From contig JBBRGJ010000003.1 in NCBI GenBank assembly GCA_038240835.1, positions 1 to 52,400 of the forward strand: 52,400 bases of DNA, read 5' to 3'. This DNA comes from Bacteroidales bacterium. GTDB taxonomy: Bacteria > Bacteroidota > Bacteroidia > Bacteroidales > WCHB1-69. The notes under the pieces are model-generated. The model searched no databases and had not been told where the DNA came from. It saw only the letters and a list, made by a program, of their open reading frames with translations. Made by a program: the position numbers and the translations under genes. Positions 37,337 to 46,481 of the stretch are shown in pieces; within the stretch, counting starts at the first letter, position 1, and each line of letters opens with the position of its first letter.

Positions 37337-39183
37337 ATATTCTTATCTTCGATATTGTATGATTTGATAATAGAGTGTAATATTCGTTCAGTCTTAGAAG
37401 AGCTCTCTCCCAGCAAATAAGCAATCTGCTGCACTGTCTCCAAATTGTCTTTGATAACTTCTCTGGCTCGCTCTACCACTTCATCCTTACGCACATCTGG
37501 ATTTTCCATATCGCGGATAATCCCACCTACTATCTCGTGTTTTTTGATGTTAAAAACCGTAATACTATATACTTTGTTGTTAAATTCAACATCGCGGCTC
37601 AGCGTCTCTTCACCCGTAAAAATCAGCGAAGCAAACAATTTGTGAAATGGCACTAACGTTCGAATATCCGCATTGATTAATCCCGGAATTACTTGACTAA
37701 TATCCTCAACTTCATGTCCTAGCAAACGGACAAAAGAGTCGTTGGACTGCATTACCTGCAAATCGTTATTCACAATCACAATAGCCAATGGGATTTTTTG
37801 AAGCATCGCCGTAACAGTGTGCGAAAGTTCTTTTGCCAACTGCTCCTCCTCACGAGCTTTCAACTCGGATTTTGTAAGCGCCACCTTGGTTTCCGATAAT
37901 ATATTGTTGATGGTGGCCATCTCATCAATATAAACTTTCATTTTCTGATAAGAGTATGTTGGACACATTTCAGCCGTTGCCAGCCCCTTACAAATAGCGG
38001 CAGCAAATTTATTACAATTATCATGACCACAAGCGCCACAACTCAGAATCTCACCTGGCGCTTCACGTCCCAACTCGGTTAAAACAGCTTTTAACTCCTC
38101 TTTATTTGGGTTCTGAAGCCGCTGATCATCCTCTCGATTGTAAGAACGTTCATAATTAATATGGTCGAAACTGCGGATATCTTTCTCCCACTGTGGTCCA
38201 TTAAACGATCTCAATCGTTTATCGACATAATCAATAACCAAGGTACGGCGAAGAAATTTATTTCCCTTTTTAGATGTTCCTGGTCCCATGATGCAACCAT
38301 CACAATAGAACAAATCAATATGTTGCTTAATCTGTACATTGGTTTTAAACTCTTCAATCACTTGTAAAAAATTCTCTCTTCCCTCAGTGCAAATAATTCT
38401 ACCCGTTAGCAAATCTTCATTGATATCTACCGCTTGAAACATTCCTCTGCTAATTGGAAACAGCGATCCCTTGCGTCCCAAAGGTGCATCAAAGTCAGAA
38501 TAAGTAACAGAAGTCTCCGAAATACCCGCTTCGGCAAACAACTCCCTCAACTCAATATAAGTCAATACGGAATCAATCCGAGTATCGTCGTCGGGAAAGC
38601 GAAGAACTTCATTTTTTGCGGCAATGCAGGGACTGATATAAACAACTTTTAAATCCGTTCCATGATTCTCGAGCAATACCTTTGCCGTGGTAATCATGTG
38701 AGGAATAATTGGGGCAATGTTATCAATTAACTCAGGATAAAATTTTTCAATGTAATTAATTACCGGAGGGCAATTGGCCGTAAAATAGTATTTCCCGTTA
38801 AAATTAGTAAACAGTTTTTCATACTCAAAAGCCATCAAATCAACACCAAAACTAACCTCATTTACATAATCAAACCCTAACGTTTTTATCATGCTCACAA
38901 AACTTCGATAATCGGTAATATCACTAAACTCGCCAGAAATACTCGGGGCAACAATGGCAGCAACTTTTGAAGGAGATTTGAGCATAAGTTTCACCTCCTC
39001 TTTGGAATCTAAATAACTCACTGCATTTTGAGTACATACCGAAAAACAGCTTCCGCAATCGATGCACCTACTATGAATAATCTCAGCATACCCATCCTGA
39101 ACTTTTATGGCCTTAGATGGACAAATACGTACACATGAGTAGCAAAGTTTACAAGAATTTGGATTAATATGAAATAGATTCAT
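37333..39183 (-). CDS. Putative sensory (group C) [FeFe]-hydrogenase with Fe-S and PAS domains (HydS/HfsB-like)
   Basis: N-terminal 2x[4Fe-4S] (CKLCYSCVRICP, CIDCGSCFSVC); H-domain motifs TANCP, SPCIAAKNE, DLFYCDGCIMG; CGACG..C FeS domain; C-terminal PAS and VQQIAYLLGE. Confidence 0.88.
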   Translation of the reverse strand: MNLFHINPNSCKLCYSCVRICPSKAIKVQDGYAEIIHSRCIDCGSCFSVCTQNAVSYLDSKEEVKLMLKSPSKVAAIVAPSISGEFSDITDYRSFVSMIKTLGFDYVNEVSFGVDLMAFEYEKLFTNFNGKYYFTANCPPVINYIEKFYPELIDNIAPIIPHMITTAKVLLENHGTDLKVVYISPCIAAKNEVLRFPDDDTRIDSVLTYIELRELFAEAGISETSVTYSDFDAPLGRKGSLFPISRGMFQAVDINEDLLTGRIICTEGRENFLQVIEEFKTNVQIKQHIDLFYCDGCIMGPGTSKKGNKFLRRTLVIDYVDKRLRSFNGPQWEKDIRSFDHINYERSYNREDDQRLQNPNKEELKAVLTELGREAPGEILSCGACGHDNCNKFAAAICKGLATAEMCPTYSYQKMKVYIDEMATINNILSETKVALTKSELKAREEEQLAKELSHTVTAMLQKIPLAIVIVNNDLQVMQSNDSFVRLLGHEVEDISQVIPGLINADIRTLVPFHKLFASLIFTGEETLSRDVEFNNKVYSITVFNIKKHEIVGGIIRDMENPDVRKDEVVERAREVIKDNLETVQQIAYLLGESSSKTERILHSIIKSYNIEDKNI

Positions 39184-39440
39184 TATATCACTTTTTTAGT
39201 AAACAAATTGTCTAATAACTCCTGAAGTTGAAATACATTTACCTCCTCAATCATCTCTCTGTCGACAAATAGAACAGGACCTTTCCCACAATTTCCAGAG
39301 CACAATTTCCCACGAAAATCAACTCTATCGGATAGTTTGTTATCCTTGATATACTTTTCAATAAATTTTAAAGAATCCCTGTTTCCACGAGCAAAACAAG
39401 AGCTTCCGAGGCAGATAATAATTTCGTGTTTTACATCCAT
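39183..39440 (-). CDS. Thioredoxin-like [2Fe-2S] ferredoxin (HfsA-like)
   Basis: ICLGSSCFARGN ... CSGNCGKGP. Confidence 0.88.
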   Translation of the reverse strand: MDVKHEIIICLGSSCFARGNRDSLKFIEKYIKDNKLSDRVDFRGKLCSGNCGKGPVLFVDREMIEEVNVFQLQELLDNLFTKKVI

Positions 39441-39473
39441 AGTTTGATTATTTCTTTTATAATGCTATAAATT

Positions 39474-39523
39474 TAATAAAAAAAAAAGGGATATCAAAAT
39501 TTTGTCACCCTTTTTTTTTATTA
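39474..39523 (-). terminator. Rho-independent terminator between hydA and the hfsA-like gene
   Basis: TAATAAAAAAAAAAGGG...CCCTTTTTTTTTATTA. Confidence 0.65.
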
Positions 39524-39576
39524 ATCATGAATTTATTAACACATGATACTAATATTCAGCATTTTAGCTTAAAATA

Positions 39577-41367
39577 TTAATAACGTTCTCTTGCTTTGTA
39601 ATGAGTATGCAATAGTTCATGCGATTTGTGTCCATTTGGTTTTCCCAAAAACGTTTTGTAAACCTCAATTACTTCTGGATTTTCGTGAGATTTACGAATC
39701 GACATGTGTTCGTCTTCCGAATAGATAGCTTCAGATCTTTTTCTTCTTATTTCGGGACTTGTAGGAATTGGTTGACCGCCTCCTCCTAGGCAACCGCCAG
39801 GACAAGCCATAATTTCGATGAAGTGATACACTGCTTTACCATCTTTCACACTTTGCATTAATTTCTTCGCATTAACCAAACCATGAGCTACAGCACAACG
39901 TAGTTCAACACCTTCCAAGAAACTCCATTCAGGAACAGTTCCAGTAATAACCACCGAAAGCTCCTTGATGCCTTCCATTCCACGAACAGGAGTAACATTC
40001 AAGTTTTCGAAAGGAATCTCTTTGCCAGTAACAACTTCCCAAGCAGTTCGAAGAGCAGCTTCCATTACACCACCAGTTACCCCAAAGATAACAGCAGCGC
40101 CCGTAGAAGAACCCATCATTGTATCATAATGATCTTCTTGCAATGTAGAAAACTCAATACCAGCTTGTTTGATCATAATAGCTAGTTCCCTGGTAGTTAA
40201 CACATAATCTACATCTTTATATCCACTGCTTCTCATTTCAGGGCGATCTGCCTCAAATTTCTTAGCCGTACAAGGCATAATAGATACCGAAACGATGTTT
40301 GCAGGATCTAGATTACGTTTTTCGGGATAATACGTTTTTGCCAACGCGCCAAACATTTGTTGAGGCGATTTACAAGAAGAAACATGATCTAACATATCTG
40401 GAAAAATATGCTCTACAAATTTAATCCAGCCTGGAGAGCATGAAGTAGTCAATGGTAAAGCAACGGTATGATCTTTATCTTTAAGTGCTTTTTTGAGGCG
40501 ACCTAAAAGCTCATAACCCTCTTCCATAATAGTTAAATCTGCGGTAAAATCTGTATCCAATACGGCATCAAATCCTAAACGTCTAAGAGCAGATACCATT
40601 TTTCCCGTAACACGAGTACCTGGCTCGTCGCCCAAATCTTCACCCAAGGCAATACGCACAGCAGGTGCCGTTTGAACAATTACATGTTTGGTTGGATCGG
40701 CAAGTGCAGACCAAACCTCTTCAATTTGGTTCTTCTCAACCAACGCACCCGTGGGGCAACGAATAATACATTGACCACAATTGGTACAAACTACATCAAA
40801 CAGTGAATGATCAAAGAAGGTAGATATTTTCATATTTTCCCCTTTGTGGGCACAACTAATTGCACTCACCGATTGCAACTCCTCGCAAACGCGAACGCAT
40901 CGCTGACAACGAACACACTTGCTATCATCTTTGATAATAGAAGGAGAGTACATATCGATACTATAATGTTTTAGCGGAACCAAATCGATAAAATAGTCGT
41001 TGCTAATTTTATATTCTGCGGCAAGTGATTGAAGTTCACATTTGCCATTTTTGTAACACTTAGTACAATCTGCATTATGTTCCGAAAGCAACAACTCAAT
41101 GATGTGTTTACGTGCTGTTCGTACTTTATGAGAATTGGTAAGAATTTCCATTCCATCAATTGCCGGTGTTGAACAGGCTGTGGGCAAAACTCTTGCACCA
41201 ATTTGCTCAACCACACACACTCTACAATTACCAGCAACATGAATATCGGGATGATGACACAATACCGGTATTTTAATATTTACCTGATGTGCTGCTTCAA
41301 GAATAGTACATCCTTTATCTACATTCACATCAATGCCGTCTATCGTTAAATTTATTTTTTCTGCCAT
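39577..41367 (-). CDS. hydA: Group A [FeFe]-hydrogenase catalytic subunit (HndD/HydA type)
   Basis: [2Fe-2S] (LCHH..CRVCVV..C), His-ligated [4Fe-4S] (EHNADCTKC..C), 2x[4Fe-4S]; L1 TSCSPGW, L2 MPCTAKKFE, L3 EIMACPGGCLGGGGQP; C-terminal SHELLHTHY. Confidence 0.95.
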   Translation of the reverse strand: MAEKINLTIDGIDVNVDKGCTILEAAHQVNIKIPVLCHHPDIHVAGNCRVCVVEQIGARVLPTACSTPAIDGMEILTNSHKVRTARKHIIELLLSEHNADCTKCYKNGKCELQSLAAEYKISNDYFIDLVPLKHYSIDMYSPSIIKDDSKCVRCQRCVRVCEELQSVSAISCAHKGENMKISTFFDHSLFDVVCTNCGQCIIRCPTGALVEKNQIEEVWSALADPTKHVIVQTAPAVRIALGEDLGDEPGTRVTGKMVSALRRLGFDAVLDTDFTADLTIMEEGYELLGRLKKALKDKDHTVALPLTTSCSPGWIKFVEHIFPDMLDHVSSCKSPQQMFGALAKTYYPEKRNLDPANIVSVSIMPCTAKKFEADRPEMRSSGYKDVDYVLTTRELAIMIKQAGIEFSTLQEDHYDTMMGSSTGAAVIFGVTGGVMEAALRTAWEVVTGKEIPFENLNVTPVRGMEGIKELSVVITGTVPEWSFLEGVELRCAVAHGLVNAKKLMQSVKDGKAVYHFIEIMACPGGCLGGGGQPIPTSPEIRRKRSEAIYSEDEHMSIRKSHENPEVIEVYKTFLGKPNGHKSHELLHTHYKARERY

Positions 41368-41398
41368 TTTATTACATTTTACATTTTTACACCTTGAA

Positions 41399-42577
41399 TT
41401 AATAAATCATCTCTTCTCTAAAATTACCCACGATGGATGAGAATGAATTGGCCACAGATTGACCAAGACCACATTTTGCAGTCAACTTCATCGAATCGGT
41501 TAATTTTAGCAAGTAATCAAGATAAGAAGAGTTTTTCTCTCCTTTTTTAACAGCCTCAATGCCATGAAGTAATTGCTGAACTCCAACTCTACAAGGAGTG
41601 CATTGTCCACACGACTCTTCCGCAAAGAAATCTAAATAATTACGAAGCAAGTTATACATCGAACGTGAGCTATTAAAAATCATCATCGATCCTCCTGTTG
41701 GCAATGAATCACCTTCCAAGTCGCCTTGATAACCAATAATAGTACTTGCAAATTTCTTACGTGGAACGCAGAAACCAGATGCACCGCCCACTTGAACCGC
41801 TTTGGTATCGCCATCGCCAAATGCATCTACAAACTCTTGCAACGACATTCCTAATTCCAATTCATAAATACCTGGAATTGGAGTATCTCCAGAGATAGAG
41901 AAGAGTTTGGAACCTCGAGATGATTTTGTTCCTAACTGTTTGTATTTCTCCGCACCAATCTTGCAAACAATAGCCGCAGATGCCAATGTTTCTACATTGT
42001 TTACAACCGTAGGTTTTGCCAAGTAACCTTCAATTACTGGATAAGGAGGTTTGTTGCGAGGTTCGCCTCTTTTCCCTTCCATAGATTCCAATAATGCAGT
42101 CTCCTCGCCACAAACATAAGCTCCTGAGCCCATGAAAATATCTACTTCAAAATCATACTCCATCTCGTGCATAATTGCATGAAACTCTTTTAAATCACGA
42201 CGAAGTTTGGGAACCAAAAATTTATACTCACCACGCAAGTATATAAAACCTTTGTGCGAACCGGTAACTTTAGCAGCAATGGCCATTCCAGTTAATACTT
42301 TTAAAGAAACTTTATCGATAATCTCTCTATCTTTAAACGTCCCTGGTTCACCTTCGTCAGCATTACAAACAATATATTTTTCGTCAGCTTTAGCATCACG
42401 CGCAAATTTCCATTTTAATCCAGTTAGAAATCCTGCACCACCACGACCTTTTAATCCCGAATCAATCATTTCATTAATAATCTCATCATCGGTACGTTTA
42501 AATGTTCTTGCGATAATCTCACGATAATCGTCTTCGTGAAAAATTAGATCTACTCTTTTTAGGGTTTTATCTGCCAT
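41399..42577 (-). CDS. hydB: NADH-binding flavoprotein subunit (NuoF-like HydB), short form
   Basis: GLKGRGGAGF, NADEGEPGTFKDR, GAYVCGEET, NNVET, ESCGQCTPCR..CGLG; 392 aa with no extra ferredoxin domains. Confidence 0.9.
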   Translation of the reverse strand: MADKTLKRVDLIFHEDDYREIIARTFKRTDDEIINEMIDSGLKGRGGAGFLTGLKWKFARDAKADEKYIVCNADEGEPGTFKDREIIDKVSLKVLTGMAIAAKVTGSHKGFIYLRGEYKFLVPKLRRDLKEFHAIMHEMEYDFEVDIFMGSGAYVCGEETALLESMEGKRGEPRNKPPYPVIEGYLAKPTVVNNVETLASAAIVCKIGAEKYKQLGTKSSRGSKLFSISGDTPIPGIYELELGMSLQEFVDAFGDGDTKAVQVGGASGFCVPRKKFASTIIGYQGDLEGDSLPTGGSMMIFNSSRSMYNLLRNYLDFFAEESCGQCTPCRVGVQQLLHGIEAVKKGEKNSSYLDYLLKLTDSMKLTAKCGLGQSVANSFSSIVGNFREEMIY

Positions 42578-42598
42578 TTCGTTCTCTCCTATTATTTA

Positions 42599-43072
42599 TT
42601 AATAAGTACCTTTTTTTGAATAACTGTCAATAATCTCAATCACCTTATCTTCGTCTAACTCTACATAAACTTCATCGTTGATAAGAATTGCAGGTGCCTT
42701 GTGACACCAGCCAAGACAGTTGGTTTGTAATAATGTGAACTTTTTATCTTTTGTCGTCTCCCCTATTTTCACCTTTAGGGTGTCTTCGATGGCTTTGAGA
42801 ATTTGATTTTTTCCCTTCATCGCACAAGTCAACGATTTACAAACTCGAATAACAAACTCGCCACGAGGTTCTGTATCTAAAAAAGAATAAAACGTAGCAG
42901 TCCCATATACTTGAGCTGCTGACAAATTCAGCTCTCTTGCAATAATCTTAATAGAGTCTTCACTAAGTGTTCGCTCTTGTTCAATGACCCCTTGCATAAT
43001 TGGCATCAAACTTACTCGCTCCCTGCCATAGATATTCACAAGTCGTTTAATTAAGTTTTCTACTTCTACCAT
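42599..43072 (-). CDS. hydC: NuoE-like [2Fe-2S] subunit (HydC)
   Basis: VYGTATFYS, VCKSLTC, CLGWCHKAP. Confidence 0.9.
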   Translation of the reverse strand: MVEVENLIKRLVNIYGRERVSLMPIMQGVIEQERTLSEDSIKIIARELNLSAAQVYGTATFYSFLDTEPRGEFVIRVCKSLTCAMKGKNQILKAIEDTLKVKIGETTKDKKFTLLQTNCLGWCHKAPAILINDEVYVELDEDKVIEIIDSYSKKGTY

Positions 43073-43162
43073 AAGTAAACATTTTTTAAGTTAATATTAA
43101 TTGAATTAAAATAGTATAATATATAAAGTCTATAAGCTCTATCTAATCAACGATTACGGATA

Positions 43163-43170
43163 CAAATATA
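43163..43170 (-). promoter_or_regulatory. Bacteroidota -7 box (TATATTTG) for hydCBA
   Basis: TAnnTTTG about 90 nt upstream of hydC. Confidence 0.45.
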
Positions 43171-43535
43171 AAAAAATATTATTTTAATAATAATTCTTGT
43201 TCCATTTTTTTTTACAAATATTGCAATTTAGATTTATTCTTAAATAAATGCTAATTTATTTAAGAATATGACACTTTCCAAATTTTTACTTACAAAATAA
43301 AGACTTTTAGAATTTAACACATTATTTAAAACATACTGCTTTTCAGTCTTAGAAAACTCAATAACTCAAATAATGTTACCTATTTGTTATTTGATGATTT
43401 ATGTTATTTTTAATAAACAAGAGCAAATCTAATGAACAATCAGCTAAGATTTAACCAAATTGATGACAAAAAAATAAATGCAAAAAAAATAAATTTATTC
43501 TCTTCGGTAGGGTGAAATAAAGTATAAAATTGAAA

Positions 43536-46481
43536 TTATTGAAATAATTCAATCAATTCGGTGTCTGTAAATGTAGACAACGGATTCGAATTTTGAATAA
43601 ATTCGTCGGCAAGCATCCTTTTTCGATTTTGCAACACCAATATTTTCTCTTCGATGGAATCTTTGGTGATAAAACGGTAAGCAAACACCTTTTTATCTTG
43701 TCCAATACGATGCGCACGCGCAATAGCCTGACTTTCAGCCGCTGGATTCCACCATGGATCGACCAATAATATATAATCAGCAGCAGTGAGATTCAACCCC
43801 ACTCCTCCCGCTTTCAGTGTCATCATAAGAACCTGACAATCTGATTCTTTTTGAAATCTCGAAATAATGCCTTGTCGCTCTTCGCTAGGAGTCATTCCCG
43901 TAAACATCAACAACTTATGATTATCAAACTCGGAAAACTCTTTTATCAAATTCAAATGGCGAACAAATTGACTGAAAATCAATACCTTATGACCCTCTTG
44001 CAAAATCTGAGTAATCATATCACGTAACTCAGAATGTTTTCCCGATTCAAACTCATACGTTTTATCTAGCAACTTTGGATGAATTGAAGCCAATCGTAAT
44101 TGCATTAAACCTCTAAGAATCAAAATATTGAGTTTACTCCGATCGTTACTTGTCATTGATTGCAAAATTGAATTCCGAACCGAAGACTTAATCGATTCGT
44201 AAAAAGAGTGTTGCTCTTCGGGCATATCTGTATAATGAATCACTTCGGTAAGCGATGGCAATTCTGGAGCGACTTCATCTTTGGTTCTTCGCATAAAAAA
44301 TGGAGCCAATACACCTTTGAGTTTTAATCTTACAAGCTCATTGTTCTGCTTTTCGATGGGGAAAACATACATTTTTTTAAACTGCTTTAATCCACCCAAT
44401 AAACCGGGGTTGAGAAAATTCACTTGAGCCCACAAATCCACCAATGAGTTCTCAATCGGTGTTCCTGTTAACGCCAATCGATATTGACACTGAAGTGTTC
44501 GCACCGCTCGGTAAGCCTTAGAAAGTGGGTTTCGAATGTTCTGACTTTCATCGAGAACAACATAGGTAAAGTTATACTTTTTGAACATATCGATGTCATT
44601 TCTCACCATTCCATAAGTAGTAAGCACAATATCATAAAGGTGAAAAACTGATGCGGACTGACTTCTATACAATCCAGTATGGGTGTAAATCAAAAGCGAG
44701 GGTGCAAATTTCTGCAACTCTTGCTGCCAATTAAAAATCAACGAAAGTGGGACAACTATGAGTGATGCTTGCACAAATTTCCCTGGCTCGTTGGACGCTC
44801 TATTCGAAAAATCCAACTGATGATTTGCCTGCACCATTTCGGGATTTGAAAAAGTATTTACATTCCCTTTGTTATGAGATTCTAGCAAAACAGCAATGGT
44901 TTGAATGGTTTTACCAAGTCCCATATCATCCGCCAAACAACCGCTAAAATTATGCGTTTCTAACTTCTTCAACCATTTAAAACCCTCATATTGATAGGGT
45001 CTAAGTGTAGTTTTTAAATTTGATGGAACTTGAATTTCAGCGACTACAGCATCTTTGTCCAAAAGCAAGTTCTTATAACCCTCTCCATAAGCCCCATCTA
45101 TAGAATTTAGCAAACTAACGTGATATTTCTTAATCTTAAATTTCTCGCTATCTGCACTTCCCAACTTCACCAAATCATCATATTTAGCAAACCACTCTTC
45201 GGGAATTATGGCAATGGTCCCATCGGGCAATTCATACTCTTTTACTTTATTTAAAATATGGTGGCGCAACTTTACAAAAGGAATTGTAAAATCGCCAAAT
45301 ACTACATCAATGGACACATCAAACCAATCATTATTCTCAGTGATAACAGTTTTTGAATCAATCTGCCCGAAAAAATACTTCACCTTTCTTTGACTTTGTT
45401 GAAACTGAAACCCCATCTCAATCAGCTTATTATAATTCAAACAGATAGTACTGACCAACAAATTAGTGGTATCCAAATTGGGCTGCTCGATAGGCGAAGG
45501 ATAGAAAAAATGCACATTCTCAAACGATTTTAGTCCCAACAAATACAACTGATCCACCACAGAATATTCATAGGTATAATCACGCTTAATTTTACTCAAC
45601 ACATACGTATCGTTTTCCAATTGACACTCTGTAATTCCATGCTGAGATTTCGACATCAGAATCACATTTCCTTTGTAATCAAAAGAGAGCGCTAAAACAG
45701 GTCGAGAATTTATGCCTAAATCGAGATTTAAAACGGCAATAGGTTTTACCTCTTCCACTATTTGAGTGATTCCCTCGGTCTCTATCTCAAATTTTCTAAA
45801 TATTTTTTGAATAAAATTATGGACATAAATATCCACTGAACTATTTGGAATTTCCACCACCTCTTTTTGGACAAATGGAAGTAACTTAAATGAATCAATC
45901 TCATCATCAAAGTGAAGCAATGTATTGTTTACAATAATCCAACAAGGTTTGTGGGTGATAAATACGATATTCTTGTTGGTTAATTTCACCAATTCATCAT
46001 GAAGTTTAATCATCATCCGGTAAGAAATCCCTTCGGAATGTCGTTTAAAATTGAAGAATACTTCAGCATCACTCCGTTGGACAATTAGAGGAATTTCACA
46101 AATATCATCTTTTGATTTACTAATAGTATGCAGCGGAATCTGATACAAAGCCATCACCGATAGCGCTTTACCCAAATATCCTTCGATGTTTGGGCGGAGC
46201 AGTGTTTTAAATTTCTTTTCATCGATGCTTTTAAAAAAGTCGACTACCTTCATGTTTTTCGTAGAAAATTTTCGAGCAACCACCTCTTCTTCGCAATTAA
46301 ATATCAACTTTAAAAGCTCTTTTTCGGTCTCGCTAACAGCTACATCATAACCGGAAATAGTCTTATAGTTGACCCGTTGAGGATTTAAGTTGAATTTTCC
46401 CAATGAATTAAATTCAGCTAAAAAAGCCTCAATGGTGTTCCCGATAACAGGCGAATTAGAAATAACAAAAACTAATTTCAC
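43536..46481 (-). CDS. SNF2/SWI2-family helicase
   Basis: LRPYQ, LADDMGLGKT, LDESQNIRN, LTGTPIEN, IFSQF, AGGVGLNLT, DPWWNP, RAHRIGQ; GTG start overlaps the upstream stop, with GGAGG before it. Confidence 0.93.
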   Translation of the reverse strand: MKLVFVISNSPVIGNTIEAFLAEFNSLGKFNLNPQRVNYKTISGYDVAVSETEKELLKLIFNCEEEVVARKFSTKNMKVVDFFKSIDEKKFKTLLRPNIEGYLGKALSVMALYQIPLHTISKSKDDICEIPLIVQRSDAEVFFNFKRHSEGISYRMMIKLHDELVKLTNKNIVFITHKPCWIIVNNTLLHFDDEIDSFKLLPFVQKEVVEIPNSSVDIYVHNFIQKIFRKFEIETEGITQIVEEVKPIAVLNLDLGINSRPVLALSFDYKGNVILMSKSQHGITECQLENDTYVLSKIKRDYTYEYSVVDQLYLLGLKSFENVHFFYPSPIEQPNLDTTNLLVSTICLNYNKLIEMGFQFQQSQRKVKYFFGQIDSKTVITENNDWFDVSIDVVFGDFTIPFVKLRHHILNKVKEYELPDGTIAIIPEEWFAKYDDLVKLGSADSEKFKIKKYHVSLLNSIDGAYGEGYKNLLLDKDAVVAEIQVPSNLKTTLRPYQYEGFKWLKKLETHNFSGCLADDMGLGKTIQTIAVLLESHNKGNVNTFSNPEMVQANHQLDFSNRASNEPGKFVQASLIVVPLSLIFNWQQELQKFAPSLLIYTHTGLYRSQSASVFHLYDIVLTTYGMVRNDIDMFKKYNFTYVVLDESQNIRNPLSKAYRAVRTLQCQYRLALTGTPIENSLVDLWAQVNFLNPGLLGGLKQFKKMYVFPIEKQNNELVRLKLKGVLAPFFMRRTKDEVAPELPSLTEVIHYTDMPEEQHSFYESIKSSVRNSILQSMTSNDRSKLNILILRGLMQLRLASIHPKLLDKTYEFESGKHSELRDMITQILQEGHKVLIFSQFVRHLNLIKEFSEFDNHKLLMFTGMTPSEERQGIISRFQKESDCQVLMMTLKAGGVGLNLTAADYILLVDPWWNPAAESQAIARAHRIGQDKKVFAYRFITKDSIEEKILVLQNRKRMLADEFIQNSNPLSTFTDTELIELFQ

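Noticed and set aside
41399-43072. nuoE/nuoF of respiratory complex I
   Set aside because: Directly linked to an H-cluster hydA with no membrane nuo genes, so they are hydrogenase subunits.
43073-43535. Rex operator upstream of hydCBA
   Set aside because: Several TTGT/ACAA half-sites occur, but none forms the 18-bp TTGTGAA-N4-TTCACAA palindrome; not distinguishable from AT-rich background by eye.
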